Shown here: positions 9,899-22,040 of the stretch, piece by piece
Numbering within the stretch: the stretch's first letter is position 1
Layout: every line of letters begins with the position of its first letter
From: Halomonas sp.
GTDB taxonomy: Bacteria > Pseudomonadota > Gammaproteobacteria > Pseudomonadales > Halomonadaceae
Reading direction: 5' to 3'
Assembly: GCA_020201095.1 (NCBI GenBank)
Contig: JAIVHM010000005.1
Location: 4,953 to 68,952, forward strand
Length of the DNA stretch: 64,000 nucleotides
Notes under the pieces: model-generated
Databases searched by the model: none
What the model was told of the DNA's origin: nothing
Seen by the model: only the letters and a program-made list of their open reading frames with translations
Position numbers and translations under genes: made by a program

Positions 9899-11209
9899 TT
9901 GTTTTTTGAACGCCCCGAAGCCGGCGAAACGGCAGTGCTTGTTCACGTTGATTTTCAGGATGAACAAGCGCGCGAAGACCCGGGTGAGTTTTTAGAGCTT
10001 GTCCGCTCTGCCGGTGCAGAGCCTGCAACATTGCTCACGGCCAGCCGACACCGCCCTGATTCGCGTACGTTTATCGGGTCAGGCAAGTTGGAAGAGCTGC
10101 GGGCAGTGCTCGCGGCTCATCAGGCTGAGTTGGTCATTTTTAACCATGGTTTAGGCCCATCGCAGCAGCGTAACCTTGAGCGTGAACTCAAGTGCCGCGT
10201 GTTAGACCGCACGGGTTTGATTCTGGATATTTTTGCGCAACGTGCCCGAACCCATGAAGGCAAGTTACAGGTTGAGCTTGCTCAACTCGAATATGTATCC
10301 ACACGCCTGATTCGTGGGTGGACCCACCTAGAACGGCAGAAAGGCGGCATCGGTCTGCGTGGCCCGGGTGAAACCCAGTTGGAAACAGACCGTCGCTTGC
10401 TCCGTGGCCGTATTAAGTCGATCAATAAGCGACTCGATAAAGTGCGCAGTCAGCGTGAGCAAAATCGCAGAGCCCGCGCTCGCGCAGAGATTCACAGCGT
10501 CTCGCTGGTTGGCTACACCAACGCCGGAAAATCAACGCTCTTCAATGCGTTAACACAGTCACACGTGTATGCTGCCGATCAGTTGTTCGCAACGCTTGAC
10601 CCGACATTAAGGCGCCTGGAAATTGAGGATGTGGGGCCCGTCGTGATGGCCGATACCGTCGGTTTCATCCGTCATCTTCCTCACAAACTTGTTGAAGCCT
10701 TCCAGGCCACGCTCCAGGAAGCGGCTGAAGCAACGCTGCTGGTGCACGTTATCGATGCTGCTGACCCTGATCGTGAGCTCAACGTCGAGCAGGTGGAGCG
10801 CGTGCTGGAAGAGATTGGTGCAGATGACGTGCCGGTGCTGAAAGTCATGAACAAAATTGACAAACTGGACAGCGCGCCGCGTATTGAGCGTGATGGTCAG
10901 GGTCGTCCAGACGTGGTATGGCTTTCAGCCCAAGAGGGCAAGGGACTCGAACTGCTTCACGAAGCGCTAACGGAACGCTTGGCAAACGATGTCATTGGTT
11001 TTTCGCTAACGCTTTCTCCCGAGCAGGGAAAGCTGCGCGCGGGCCTTCATGAATTGAATGCCGTTCGGGAAGAAGCGTTTGATGAACAAGGACGTTCGGT
11101 GCTGAATGTGCGTTTACCGCGGCGTGACTTTAACCAGTTGATGGCGCAACTGGGTGAACGCGCTAATACCTATTTGCCAGCCGAGCTGCACGAACCAAGC
11201 GAGTGGTGA
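9899..11209 (+). CDS. hflX: Ribosome rescue GTPase HflX
   Basis: TTG start MFFERP; GPGETQLETDRR, GYTNAGKST, DTVGFI, NKID. Confidence 0.97.
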   Translation: MFFERPEAGETAVLVHVDFQDEQAREDPGEFLELVRSAGAEPATLLTASRHRPDSRTFIGSGKLEELRAVLAAHQAELVIFNHGLGPSQQRNLERELKCRVLDRTGLILDIFAQRARTHEGKLQVELAQLEYVSTRLIRGWTHLERQKGGIGLRGPGETQLETDRRLLRGRIKSINKRLDKVRSQREQNRRARARAEIHSVSLVGYTNAGKSTLFNALTQSHVYAADQLFATLDPTLRRLEIEDVGPVVMADTVGFIRHLPHKLVEAFQATLQEAAEATLLVHVIDAADPDRELNVEQVERVLEEIGADDVPVLKVMNKIDKLDSAPRIERDGQGRPDVVWLSAQEGKGLELLHEALTERLANDVIGFSLTLSPEQGKLRAGLHELNAVREEAFDEQGRSVLNVRLPRRDFNQLMAQLGERANTYLPAELHEPSEW

Positions 11210-11347
11210 TAACTCGTGACAGTGGGCGGCCTAAGTGTCCGTTTAGTGACCGAACAGACGGCGTATTGCAATAATACTAAATTGCGCTGTGGCCCCGTGT
11301 TAACGTCGGGGCTTAAGCGTGAGTGAATACCTCAGTGGAGACGAAGT

Positions 11348-12613
11348 ATGGCCTGGAATGAGCCCGGTGGTGGCAACCAGCATGACCCCTGGAGTGGCGG
11401 TGGCCGACGAGTCGGTGGCGACGGCGGTGGAAACCGCGGTGGCAACGACGACGGCAACAACGGCAATAAAGGGGGCAATAACCAAGGCCCGCCCGACCTT
11501 GATGAAGCGCTGAAAAAGTTTCAGGAGAAGCTCAAAGGTGTGATGGGTGGCGGCAAAAAATCCGGCGGTGGCAGTAATAAAGGTAGCGGCGGTAGCGGCA
11601 AACCTCGTAATGTTTTCGCGCTGCCCGGTCTGTTGATTATTGTTGCACTGGCGATTTGGGCTGCCATGGGGTTCTACCTGGTTGACCAGTCAGAGCGTGG
11701 CGTTGTGCTTCGTTTTGGCGAATATCAGGATATCGTGACGCCGGGCCTGCAGTGGAACCCGCCTTTGATTGATGAAGTGCGGATGGTCAATGTGACGCGC
11801 GTACGTTCACTGACCCAAACCCAGTCGATGCTGACCCGCGACGAGAACATCGTTGAGGTGGAAATTTCTGCGCAGTACCAAGTAGCTGATCCGCAGGATT
11901 TCGTACTTAACGTTCGTGACCCGGAAGTCTCGATTGATAACGCCCTCGATTCGGCCTTGCGTCATGTCGTCGGTGGAACGGATATGATCGATATCCTGAC
12001 CTCGGGCCGTGAGATTCTGGGTAGCTCAGTCACAAGTCGTCTGCAGTCCTATCTGGATAACTACGGAGCAGGGATTCAGTTGCAAACCATCAACATTGAA
12101 TCCACCACGGCGCCGGATCCCGTTATTGATGCGTTTGATGATGTTATTCGTGCCCGCGAAGATCGCCAGCGCACGATTAACCAAGGTATTGCCTACGCCA
12201 ACTCGATTATCCCTGAAGCTCAAGGCCAGGCGCAGCGCGTGGTTGAACAGGGGCAGGGTTATCGTGAGTCCGTGGTTGCTGAAGCCCAAGGTCAGGCTAA
12301 CCGCTTTAACTCCTTGCTGGCTGAATACGAGAACGCGCCGGATATCATGCGTGAGCGTATGTACCTTGATGCCATTGAAGAAGTCTTTGGTGAAACGCCC
12401 AAGGTGCTGTTGGACGTAAGTGATAACGCGCCGATGATGTACCTGCCCCTGGAGCAGTTGAACCGTGGCCAGCGCGCCAGCGGCGCATCCCAGCAGGGCA
12501 GCAGCGATGGTGTTGATCCGCAAGTGCTGGAAAGCCTGCGCAGTGGTAACGGCAGCAGCCAGAGCAGCAATTCTTCGTCCAGTAGTAGCTCTATCCGCAG
12601 GGAGGGCCGGTAA
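11348..12613 (+). CDS. hflK: FtsH modulator HflK
   Basis: MAWNEPG, GPPDLDE, one TM helix, SPFH domain. Confidence 0.96.
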   Translation: MAWNEPGGGNQHDPWSGGGRRVGGDGGGNRGGNDDGNNGNKGGNNQGPPDLDEALKKFQEKLKGVMGGGKKSGGGSNKGSGGSGKPRNVFALPGLLIIVALAIWAAMGFYLVDQSERGVVLRFGEYQDIVTPGLQWNPPLIDEVRMVNVTRVRSLTQTQSMLTRDENIVEVEISAQYQVADPQDFVLNVRDPEVSIDNALDSALRHVVGGTDMIDILTSGREILGSSVTSRLQSYLDNYGAGIQLQTINIESTTAPDPVIDAFDDVIRAREDRQRTINQGIAYANSIIPEAQGQAQRVVEQGQGYRESVVAEAQGQANRFNSLLAEYENAPDIMRERMYLDAIEEVFGETPKVLLDVSDNAPMMYLPLEQLNRGQRASGASQQGSSDGVDPQVLESLRSGNGSSQSSNSSSSSSSIRREGR

Positions 12614-13498
12614 ATGATTAACAATCGATCCCTGCTAGTCGTTGGCGGCATCGCCGCTGTCGCATGGCTTGCCAGTAATACTTTGTACGTGGTGGATGAA
12701 ACCGAACGTGCCGTTAAGCTGCGCTTTGGTGAGGTCATTGAAGAAGATATTCAGCCTGGCCTACACGCTAAAATGCCGATTGCGCAAACCGTGCGTACCT
12801 TCGATGTTCGTCTGTTGACGCTCGATACCGATACTAGCCGCTATCTGACTCTTGAGCAGAAAGCGGTTATCGTTGACTCTTATGTGAAGTGGCAGGTGGT
12901 TAATCCCACCCGCTATTACGAGGCGACGGCCGGTGATGAAACGATGGCGACTCGTCTGATTCAGCCGCGTGTTGACGAGAGCTTGCGTAACGAATTTGGT
13001 CGACTCAACCTTCAGCAAATCATTGCCGAGCAGCGTGATGACCTGATGGATGGTCCGACCGAAGAACTCGACGACCTGATGCGTGAGGAACTCGGTGTGG
13101 CGATTCGCGATATTCGTATCAAGCGGATTGACCTTCCCGAAGACGTATCGGCCGCTGTCTTTGAGCGGATGCGCTCAGAGCGCGAGCGTGAAGCCCGCGA
13201 ATGGCGTGCTCAGGGTCAAGAGGAGGCCGAGCGTATCCGTGCGAACGCAGATCGCCGTCGTCAGGTTCTGCTTGCCCAGGCCAATGAACGCTCCGAAACG
13301 CTGCGTGGTGAAGGTGATGCCCAAGCGGCTGCCATTTTCTCTGAAGCCTACAGTCAGGATCAGGAGTTCTTTACCTTCTGGCGCAGCCTGAATGCCTATC
13401 GTGAGAGCTTCTCGGGGGACGACAACCTGTTGGTGCTTGAGCCGGATAGCGACTTCTTCCGCTACTTGCGCAGCGCCACGCCCGACGGAGACAGTTAA
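12614..13498 (+). CDS. hflC: FtsH modulator HflC
   Basis: N-terminal TM, SPFH domain, RMRSEREREA, directly after hflK. Confidence 0.96.
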   Translation: MINNRSLLVVGGIAAVAWLASNTLYVVDETERAVKLRFGEVIEEDIQPGLHAKMPIAQTVRTFDVRLLTLDTDTSRYLTLEQKAVIVDSYVKWQVVNPTRYYEATAGDETMATRLIQPRVDESLRNEFGRLNLQQIIAEQRDDLMDGPTEELDDLMREELGVAIRDIRIKRIDLPEDVSAAVFERMRSEREREAREWRAQGQEEAERIRANADRRRQVLLAQANERSETLRGEGDAQAAAIFSEAYSQDQEFFTFWRSLNAYRESFSGDDNLLVLEPDSDFFRYLRSATPDGDS

Positions 13499-13566
13499 GC
13501 CTTTGACGCAGGCCCCGTCGGACACCGGCGGGGTTCAACGCGTCACAAAACGTGATAGACTTTATC

Positions 13567-13590
13567 AACCGGGCGTCGCCCGGTTTTTTT
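13567..13590 (+). terminator. Intrinsic terminator after hflC
   Basis: AACCGGGC-GTC-GCCCGGTT hairpin followed by a T run. Confidence 0.8.
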
Positions 13591-13642
13591 GTGGCCCTAC
13601 GTCATTGGGCCTTCATTATTGTCGTCTCGCAGGATTGTTCAC

Positions 13643-15890
<2,248 letters not shown>

Positions 15891-15930
15891 ACGTCTGAAC
15901 AGCGGATATATTCTTTAAAATAGGGTATGC

Positions 15931-15960
15931 AAAAGGGGCGACGTTGTCGCCCCTTTTTTT
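15931..15960. terminator. Bidirectional intrinsic terminator between purA and cobO
   Basis: AAAAGGGGCGAC-GTT-GTCGCCCCTTTTTTT between convergent genes. Confidence 0.85.
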
Positions 15961-15977
15961 GTCTGACAATCAACCGC

Positions 15978-16577
15978 TTAAAAATCGATACCGCGTCGCG
16001 CCTGGATGCCATTGTTGAAGGCATGGCGGACTTCCTGCATTTCGGTCACCGTATCTGCCATGGCGATGAGTTCGCGGTGGGCGTTGCGGCCGGTAATGAT
16101 CACGGTCTGTTCGCGTGGGCGATTTTCTATGGCGGCTTTGACCGTGGAAATATCCAGGTAGCCAAACTTGAGCATATAGGTGATCTCGTCCAGCACCACC
16201 AGGTAGGTCTCCGGGTCGGCTAGCATTTTCTCAGCGTCTTGCCATACGGCCTGGCATGCCTGGGTATCCGCTTCCCGGTTTTGCGTCTCCCAGGTGAAGC
16301 CGGTGGCCATGATGGCAACGCTCAGATTAGGGTCTTCTTCCAGTCGATTGCGCTCGCCGCACTCCCACAGCCCCTTGATGAACTGAACAACGCCTACTCG
16401 ATAGCCGTAGCCGAGCGCGCGGGTTACCGTGCCCCAGGCCGCTGTTGTCTTGCCCTTGCCGTTGCCGGTATTGATGAGCACTAAACCACGCTCTTCGGTC
16501 GCATCCGCGATCTTCTCATCGACGCGTGCCTTGAGTTTCTCCATCGATGCTTTATGGCGTGTATTACGGTCGGTCAT
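15978..16577 (-). CDS. cobO: Cob(I)alamin adenosyltransferase
   Basis: TGNGKGKTTAA, VVQFIKG, LDEI, TGR, ARRGIDF (BtuR/CobO family). Confidence 0.94.
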   Translation of the reverse strand: MTDRNTRHKASMEKLKARVDEKIADATEERGLVLINTGNGKGKTTAAWGTVTRALGYGYRVGVVQFIKGLWECGERNRLEEDPNLSVAIMATGFTWETQNREADTQACQAVWQDAEKMLADPETYLVVLDEITYMLKFGYLDISTVKAAIENRPREQTVIITGRNAHRELIAMADTVTEMQEVRHAFNNGIQARRGIDF

Positions 16578-16778
16578 GGATTTTCCTCAGGGTCGAATTG
16601 GGCGTTTCGAAGTCTTAGCCTAAGCGATTCATTCTGACTTGAACATCAAGGAGAGCCCTCTTTTATTCCACGATAAGTTGGCGGGATTCAGTATTTTGGC
16701 GATTTCTATGCTCATAATTGGCCGGTAGGGGGCTGGCTGCTCTAGAATGGTGGGCCATGTCTTGTCAGGAATCCGTCT

Positions 16779-17264
16779 ATGCCCTCATTTGATATTGTCT
16801 CTGAGTTTGATCAGCACGAAGCAGCCAATGCCGTTGACCAAGCCAACCGCGAAGTCCAGTCACGCTTTGATTTCAAGGGTGTAGATGCGTCTTTCACGCT
16901 TGAGAAAGACACGGTACAACTCGAAGCCGAGGTCGATTTTCAGCTCAAGCAGATGCTGGATGTGCTGCGTAACCGCTTGATCGCGCGGGGCATCGATGCG
17001 CGCTGCATGGATATTAAAGACCCAGTGCTATCAGGTGTCAAAGCCCGCCAGGAGGTGGCGCTCAAGCAGGGGTTGGATCAAAGTGAGGCGAAAGACGTCG
17101 TCAAGCGTATCAAGGCCAGCAAGCTTAAAGTCCAAGCACAAATTCAAGGTGAAAAGGTGCGTGTCACGGGAAAAAAACGTGACGACTTGCAAAGCGTCAT
17201 GACGCTATTGCGCGGGGAAGAAGGACCGGAACTGCCGCTTCAGTTCGATAACTTCCGGGATTGA
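16779..17264 (+). CDS. yajQ: YajQ family nucleotide/c-di-GMP-binding protein
   Basis: [34 protein letters not shown]. Confidence 0.96.
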   Translation: MPSFDIVSEFDQHEAANAVDQANREVQSRFDFKGVDASFTLEKDTVQLEAEVDFQLKQMLDVLRNRLIARGIDARCMDIKDPVLSGVKARQEVALKQGLDQSEAKDVVKRIKASKLKVQAQIQGEKVRVTGKKRDDLQSVMTLLRGEEGPELPLQFDNFRD

Positions 17265-17328
17265 TTCGGCGCCCTGATAGCCTCTTTCCGCCGCCAATAA
17301 CAGCACTAATCATAAGGAGTTTCTTATC

Positions 17329-19863
17329 ATGTCTGATCCGCAGCCGGTTTATTTAAGCGATTACCAGCCTCCCGCCTATCGGGTGACCCATACGCTTGAC
17401 GGTGAGCAACTGACCCTTAAGTCATTGCTGATTGATGGCAAGCCATTGGCGGATAACGATTATCAGGTAAGTAACGAAGGGCTGCGTGTTGAACGGGTGC
17501 CTGCAAGCTTTATCCTGGAAACTGAGGTGCAACTCTCGCCCAAGGACAACACCGCGCTGGAAGGCCTTTACCAGTCCAACGGTATGTTTTGTACTCAGTG
17601 TGAGGCGGAAGGATTCCGCCGTATCACCTTTTATCCCGATCGTCCGGATGTGATGTCGACCTTTAAAGTGACCGTCATCGGCGATCGCGAGCGTGAACCC
17701 GTTCTGCTCGCCAACGGCAATCCGATTGAGCAAGGCGATCTTGAAAACGGTCGTCACTTTGCTGTCTGGGAAGATCCGCACCCCAAGCCCTGTTATCTGT
17801 TTGCTTTGGTCGCTGGCGATTTGCATCGCGTCGAAGACCGCTTTACCACCCAGTCCGGGCGAGAGGTGACCCTGCAACTTTGGGTTGAGGAAGAAAACCT
17901 GCCCAAAACCGAGCATGCCTTGGGGTCGCTGAAACGGGCCATGGCTTGGGATGAGCAAGCCTACGGTCGCGAATACGACCTGGACCTGTTCATGATCGTG
18001 GCGGTGAATGACTTCAACATGGGGGCCATGGAAAATAAAGGCCTCAATATCTTTAACTCAGCGGCGGTATTAGCCCATCCGGATACGGCCACCGACGCTG
18101 CCTTTCAGACCGTTGAAGGCATTGTTGCCCATGAGTATTTCCATAACTGGTCGGGTAATCGAGTTACCTGCCGCGACTGGTTCCAGCTTTCTCTGAAAGA
18201 AGGTTTTACCGTCTTCCGTGATCAGTGTTTTTCCGCCGAGACCAATTCTGCCCCTGTAAAGCGGATTCAGGACGTGTCGTTTTTCCGCACCGCGCAGTTT
18301 GCCGAAGACGCTGGACCAACGGCCCACCCGGTGCGGCCTGATCACTATATCGAAATCACTAATTTCTACACGCTAACTATTTACGAAAAAGGCGCTGAAA
18401 TCGTCCGCATGCTGTGCAACCTGGTTGGCTGGGACGCCTTCCGCCAGGGCGCTGATCGTTACTTTGAACGCTTTGACGGTCAGGCGGTAACCATCGAAGA
18501 CTTTGTGGATTGTATGGCAGAGGCCTCGGGGATTGACCTCTGTCAGTTCATGCGCTGGTACTCACAGGCGGGAACGCCTGATATCGATGCCCACGGCGAG
18601 TACGACTATGCCCACGGCGAATACCATTTGACGCTGCGCCAGCGGACCCCTGCAACGCCGGGCCAAGTAGATAAAGAGCCGCTGCATATCCCCATCGCCA
18701 TGGGCCTTGTGGGGACCAAGTCTGGCCAAGACCTGACGCTTACCCTGGAAGGCGAAAAACTCGGCAAGGAGACGGTAATCCACCTGCACGAAGACGAACA
18801 GACCTTCGTGTTTACCGACGTTGCCGAAGCCCCTGTGCCCTCGCTGCTACGCAATTTCTCCGCGCCGGTGAAGCTGCACTTCCCTTACTCGCGGGAAGAC
18901 CTTGCCTTTCTGCTGACTCAGGACAGCGACGGATTTAACCGCTGGGACGCTGGGCAGCGACTTGCAATGTTGGCGCTTGATGACTTGATTGCCGCTCACC
19001 GTAATGGGGTAGAAAAGGTGATGGACAGTCGAGTCATTGAGGCATTCCGCGCGTTGTTAGCCAATGCACCGGCGGATAAGGCAGTCCTTGCTGAAATGCT
19101 CACGCTGCCATCGGAAGCCTACATTGCCGAGCAGCAGCCGATTGTCGATGTCGATGCTATCCATGCGGCCCGAGAGTTTGTCCGGCAGTCACTGGCGATG
19201 GCGCTTCGTGATGAGTTCATGGCGACCTTTGAGGCCAATCGTTCGAGTGATTCCTATGCGCCGACGCCTGAACAGATTGCCGAGCGCAGCCTGAAGAACG
19301 TGGCGCTGAGCTATCTAATGTCGATTGAGGACGAACAGGCCGTGGCACTCTGTGAAGGGCAGTTTGCGGCGAACCACAACATGACCGATGTTCGCCATGC
19401 CTTGACGCTGCTGGTTCATAGTGATCGTGACGACCTGGCTTCTCCAGCGCTCAAGCGCTTTGGTGAAAAGTGGGCTCATGACCCGCTGGTCATGGATCAG
19501 TGGTTTACGATTCAGGTCTCGCGTCCCCAGCCGGACGTGCTCGATCGAGTGAAGTACCTGATGGCCCATCCCGCCTTCTCGCTCAAGAACCCCAACCGCG
19601 TGCGCGCGTTGGTGGGCGCTTTTGCCCAAAACCGTGTCAATTTTCACCGTCTGGATGGGCAGGGCTACGCTCTATTGGCCGATGTGGTGATTGAGTTGAA
19701 CCGGCTAAACCCTGAAATAGCGGCGCGCCTGATTACCCCGTTAACCCGCTGGCAGCGGTTTGATGAAACGCGGCAGGACTTGATGCGGTCAGAGCTAGAA
19801 CGTATTCAGCGTGAACCGCTATCGAGCAACGTCTATGAGGTGGTGGAGAAAGCGTTGGCGTAA
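17329..19863 (+). CDS. pepN: Aminopeptidase N (M1), with an apparent in-frame deletion near the N-terminus at ~17394
   Basis: CTQCEAEGFRRIT, GAMENKGLN, HEYFH-x18-E intact. YRVTHT joins directly to LDGEQL, where homologues have ~35-40 more residues. Confidence 0.95.
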   Translation: MSDPQPVYLSDYQPPAYRVTHTLDGEQLTLKSLLIDGKPLADNDYQVSNEGLRVERVPASFILETEVQLSPKDNTALEGLYQSNGMFCTQCEAEGFRRITFYPDRPDVMSTFKVTVIGDREREPVLLANGNPIEQGDLENGRHFAVWEDPHPKPCYLFALVAGDLHRVEDRFTTQSGREVTLQLWVEEENLPKTEHALGSLKRAMAWDEQAYGREYDLDLFMIVAVNDFNMGAMENKGLNIFNSAAVLAHPDTATDAAFQTVEGIVAHEYFHNWSGNRVTCRDWFQLSLKEGFTVFRDQCFSAETNSAPVKRIQDVSFFRTAQFAEDAGPTAHPVRPDHYIEITNFYTLTIYEKGAEIVRMLCNLVGWDAFRQGADRYFERFDGQAVTIEDFVDCMAEASGIDLCQFMRWYSQAGTPDIDAHGEYDYAHGEYHLTLRQRTPATPGQVDKEPLHIPIAMGLVGTKSGQDLTLTLEGEKLGKETVIHLHEDEQTFVFTDVAEAPVPSLLRNFSAPVKLHFPYSREDLAFLLTQDSDGFNRWDAGQRLAMLALDDLIAAHRNGVEKVMDSRVIEAFRALLANAPADKAVLAEMLTLPSEAYIAEQQPIVDVDAIHAAREFVRQSLAMALRDEFMATFEANRSSDSYAPTPEQIAERSLKNVALSYLMSIEDEQAVALCEGQFAANHNMTDVRHALTLLVHSDRDDLASPALKRFGEKWAHDPLVMDQWFTIQVSRPQPDVLDRVKYLMAHPAFSLKNPNRVRALVGAFAQNRVNFHRLDGQGYALLADVVIELNRLNPEIAARLITPLTRWQRFDETRQDLMRSELERIQREPLSSNVYEVVEKALA

Positions 19864-19897
19864 CAAATCGATGGAGTAATAAGGAAAGGAAATCTCA

Positions 19898-20857
19898 GTG
19901 ACAACACCAAAAAAGCGTTTTTTACTCATTGTTAATGGTAAATCAGCCGGTAATCCGGCGTTACGTGAAGCGGTAGCTGAGCAAAGAAAGGCAGGGATGC
20001 TGATCAGTGTTCGGGTAACCTGGGAAGCAGGCGATGCCGAGCATTTTGCTGAAGTCGCCGTCGATATGGGGATGACCCATGTGATTGCCTGCGGCGGGGA
20101 TGGTACTGTCAATGAGGTGATGAATGGCTTGATGCGTCTGGATAAAGATCGACGGCCGATTATGGGTATTGTTCCGCTGGGTAGTGCTAATGACTTTGCT
20201 ACCTCGGTTGGCCTACCGTTAGAGCCTTCAGAGGCGCTCTCGGCGGCGTCGACGCTGTCTGATTACCCGATTGACGTCGTTAAACTAGGTGCCGAGAGCG
20301 ACACTGAGTCGGTCACCAGCTATTACGTTAATATGATGACGGGTGGCTTTGGCGCTGAAATTACCTCGTCGACCCCCAAAATGCTCAAGCGCATGTTGGG
20401 TGGGGGCGCTTATTCACTGATGGGAGCCGTCAAGGCATGGCGACATCGTAGTTACCCTGGCACGCTACATTGGGATGATCAGGAAGAGTCGACGTCGCTT
20501 TTACTGCTGGCGATTTGCAATGGTCGCCAGTCAGGGGGTGGGCAGGTGTTGGCCCCCAAGGCTAAACTGGACGACGATCATCTTGATATCCTTGTGGTCA
20601 AGGATTTTCTCACCGCGAAGGCGCTGCCGGATTTGGTCAGCGAATTGCAGAGTTTTCCCAGCCAGGGGCGTTTCGTGCGCTATGTATCGGCGGACGCGCT
20701 AAGCGTGACGACGCTAGCCGATGATCCTCCCTGGCCCCTCACGTTAGATGGTGAGGAGCGCCATTATCGCCGTTTTCGTGCCGAGGTCGTGCCGTTGGCG
20801 ATCCGCGTGGTATTGCCCGACAACTGTCCGCTACTGTCATCAGTGGCAGATAACTGA
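19898..20857 (+). CDS. yegS: YegS/diacylglycerol kinase family lipid kinase
   Basis: NGKSAG, GGDGTVNEV, PLGSANDFA, NGRQSGGG, LDGE. Confidence 0.85.
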   Translation: MTTPKKRFLLIVNGKSAGNPALREAVAEQRKAGMLISVRVTWEAGDAEHFAEVAVDMGMTHVIACGGDGTVNEVMNGLMRLDKDRRPIMGIVPLGSANDFATSVGLPLEPSEALSAASTLSDYPIDVVKLGAESDTESVTSYYVNMMTGGFGAEITSSTPKMLKRMLGGGAYSLMGAVKAWRHRSYPGTLHWDDQEESTSLLLLAICNGRQSGGGQVLAPKAKLDDDHLDILVVKDFLTAKALPDLVSELQSFPSQGRFVRYVSADALSVTTLADDPPWPLTLDGEERHYRRFRAEVVPLAIRVVLPDNCPLLSSVADN

Positions 20858-20923
20858 AGCTGATATTCCCCGAACTGACTGCGATTGATCCAGTGAGGAG
20901 CAAACATTGAGGAGACAACATTA

Positions 20924-21628
20924 ATGGCTAACCGCGTTTGGCTACCCGTGCTAGCCGCTGCCCTGCTGGTAATAAGTGGCTGCGGCGATAACGAAGAGGC
21001 GTCTGACGTCAATCAGGAGGAATCGGCGTCATCGTCAGCCGATGCTGAACCCGCCTCTGATGGTGCTGATGAAAATGAATCATCAGAGCCCTCTGGCAAC
21101 GACACTGACAGCAATGACGCGGATAGCGACGACATTGAGTCTCGCCAAGCGGAAGAGGAATTAGCAAGAGCCGAGGAGCTTGAAGGTGAGCAGGCAGAGG
21201 AAGAAGCTGCCGCGCAAACCGACGACGTCGAGGCCGACGAAGATACCTTGGCTGCTGACCCTGAAGAGGTACTGGAGGAAGGTGGCGCAATGCCCGGTGA
21301 AGCGACACGTTCAGACGTGGACGATATGATTGCCGAGACCGAACGCCGCTTTGAGGAGGCGCAGCAGCGTCTGGAAGAGCAGTTCCGCGAAGTTGAGGAG
21401 CAGTCGCCGGTTGTTGACCCTGTCAGCGATGAAGAGATGGATGAGCGCTGGGAGTTTGAAAGCAGTCTGCCTGAATCGGCTCGTGACGAAGAGCGCACGC
21501 GGGGGAGCGATATTGATGAGCTGATACAAGATACCGAGCGGCGTTTCGAAGAGGCAGAAGAGCGATTGAATGAACAATTTGAATCAATGGAAGAAGAACG
21601 CCCAGATAATATTGATTCAGAAGAATAG
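20924..21628 (+). CDS. Hypothetical highly acidic lipoprotein with an internal 25-aa repeat
   Basis: GAGGAG RBS; signal peptide with lipobox ISG-C; Asp/Glu-rich; two copies of SDxDxxIxxTERRFEEAxxRLxEQF. Confidence 0.8.
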   Translation: MANRVWLPVLAAALLVISGCGDNEEASDVNQEESASSSADAEPASDGADENESSEPSGNDTDSNDADSDDIESRQAEEELARAEELEGEQAEEEAAAQTDDVEADEDTLAADPEEVLEEGGAMPGEATRSDVDDMIAETERRFEEAQQRLEEQFREVEEQSPVVDPVSDEEMDERWEFESSLPESARDEERTRGSDIDELIQDTERRFEEAEERLNEQFESMEEERPDNIDSEE

Positions 21629-21662
21629 TGGTTTTGGCCTGAGCGTTGTATTCAAGGCAAAT

Positions 21663-21689
21663 AAAAAGGCCCGCATCAATGCGGGCCTT
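21663..21689. terminator. Intrinsic terminator between the lipoprotein gene and csp
   Basis: AAAAAGGCCCGCAT-CA-ATGCGGGCCTT; U tract on the minus strand. Confidence 0.8.
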
Positions 21690-21703
21690 GGCGCGATAGC
21701 GTA

Positions 21704-21907
21704 TTACGCCAGGCGTATGTTGGAAGCCTGAAGGCCTTTTTTGCCCTGTGTCACTTCAAAGCTGACTTTCTGACCATCTTGCAGGCTTTTAAAGCCTTCA
21801 GCTTGAATTTCGGAGAAGTGGGCAAACAGATCGTCACCACCGTCATCCGGAGAGATGAAGCCGTAACCTTTGGTATCGTTGAACCACTTGACAGTGCCAG
21901 TTGCCAT
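21704..21907 (-). CDS. Cold-shock domain protein (CspA/CspD family)
   Basis: GTVKWFN, KGYGFI (RNP1), LFAHFS (RNP2). Confidence 0.96.
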   Translation of the reverse strand: MATGTVKWFNDTKGYGFISPDDGGDDLFAHFSEIQAEGFKSLQDGQKVSFEVTQGKKGLQASNIRLA

Positions 21908-22040
21908 TATACATTTCCTTAACGAGCTTAATGTTCAAGCGGGATGCTTCTGCGAACCCGCCTAGATCACTCTAGATGCAAAAAAACCTGTCGTCCAGTC
22001 ACAATGCGATGAACCTTTGCCAGTCTGTGAGAGCTATTTC

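Noticed and set aside
11390-11600. GGC/AAC-rich low-complexity repeats at the hflK 5' end
   Set aside because: Gly/Asn-rich linkers are normal in the HflK N-terminus.
16578-16778. Possible cobalamin riboswitch upstream of the stand-alone cobO
   Set aside because: No B12-box or conserved core recognisable; the 200-bp spacer must also hold divergent promoters.
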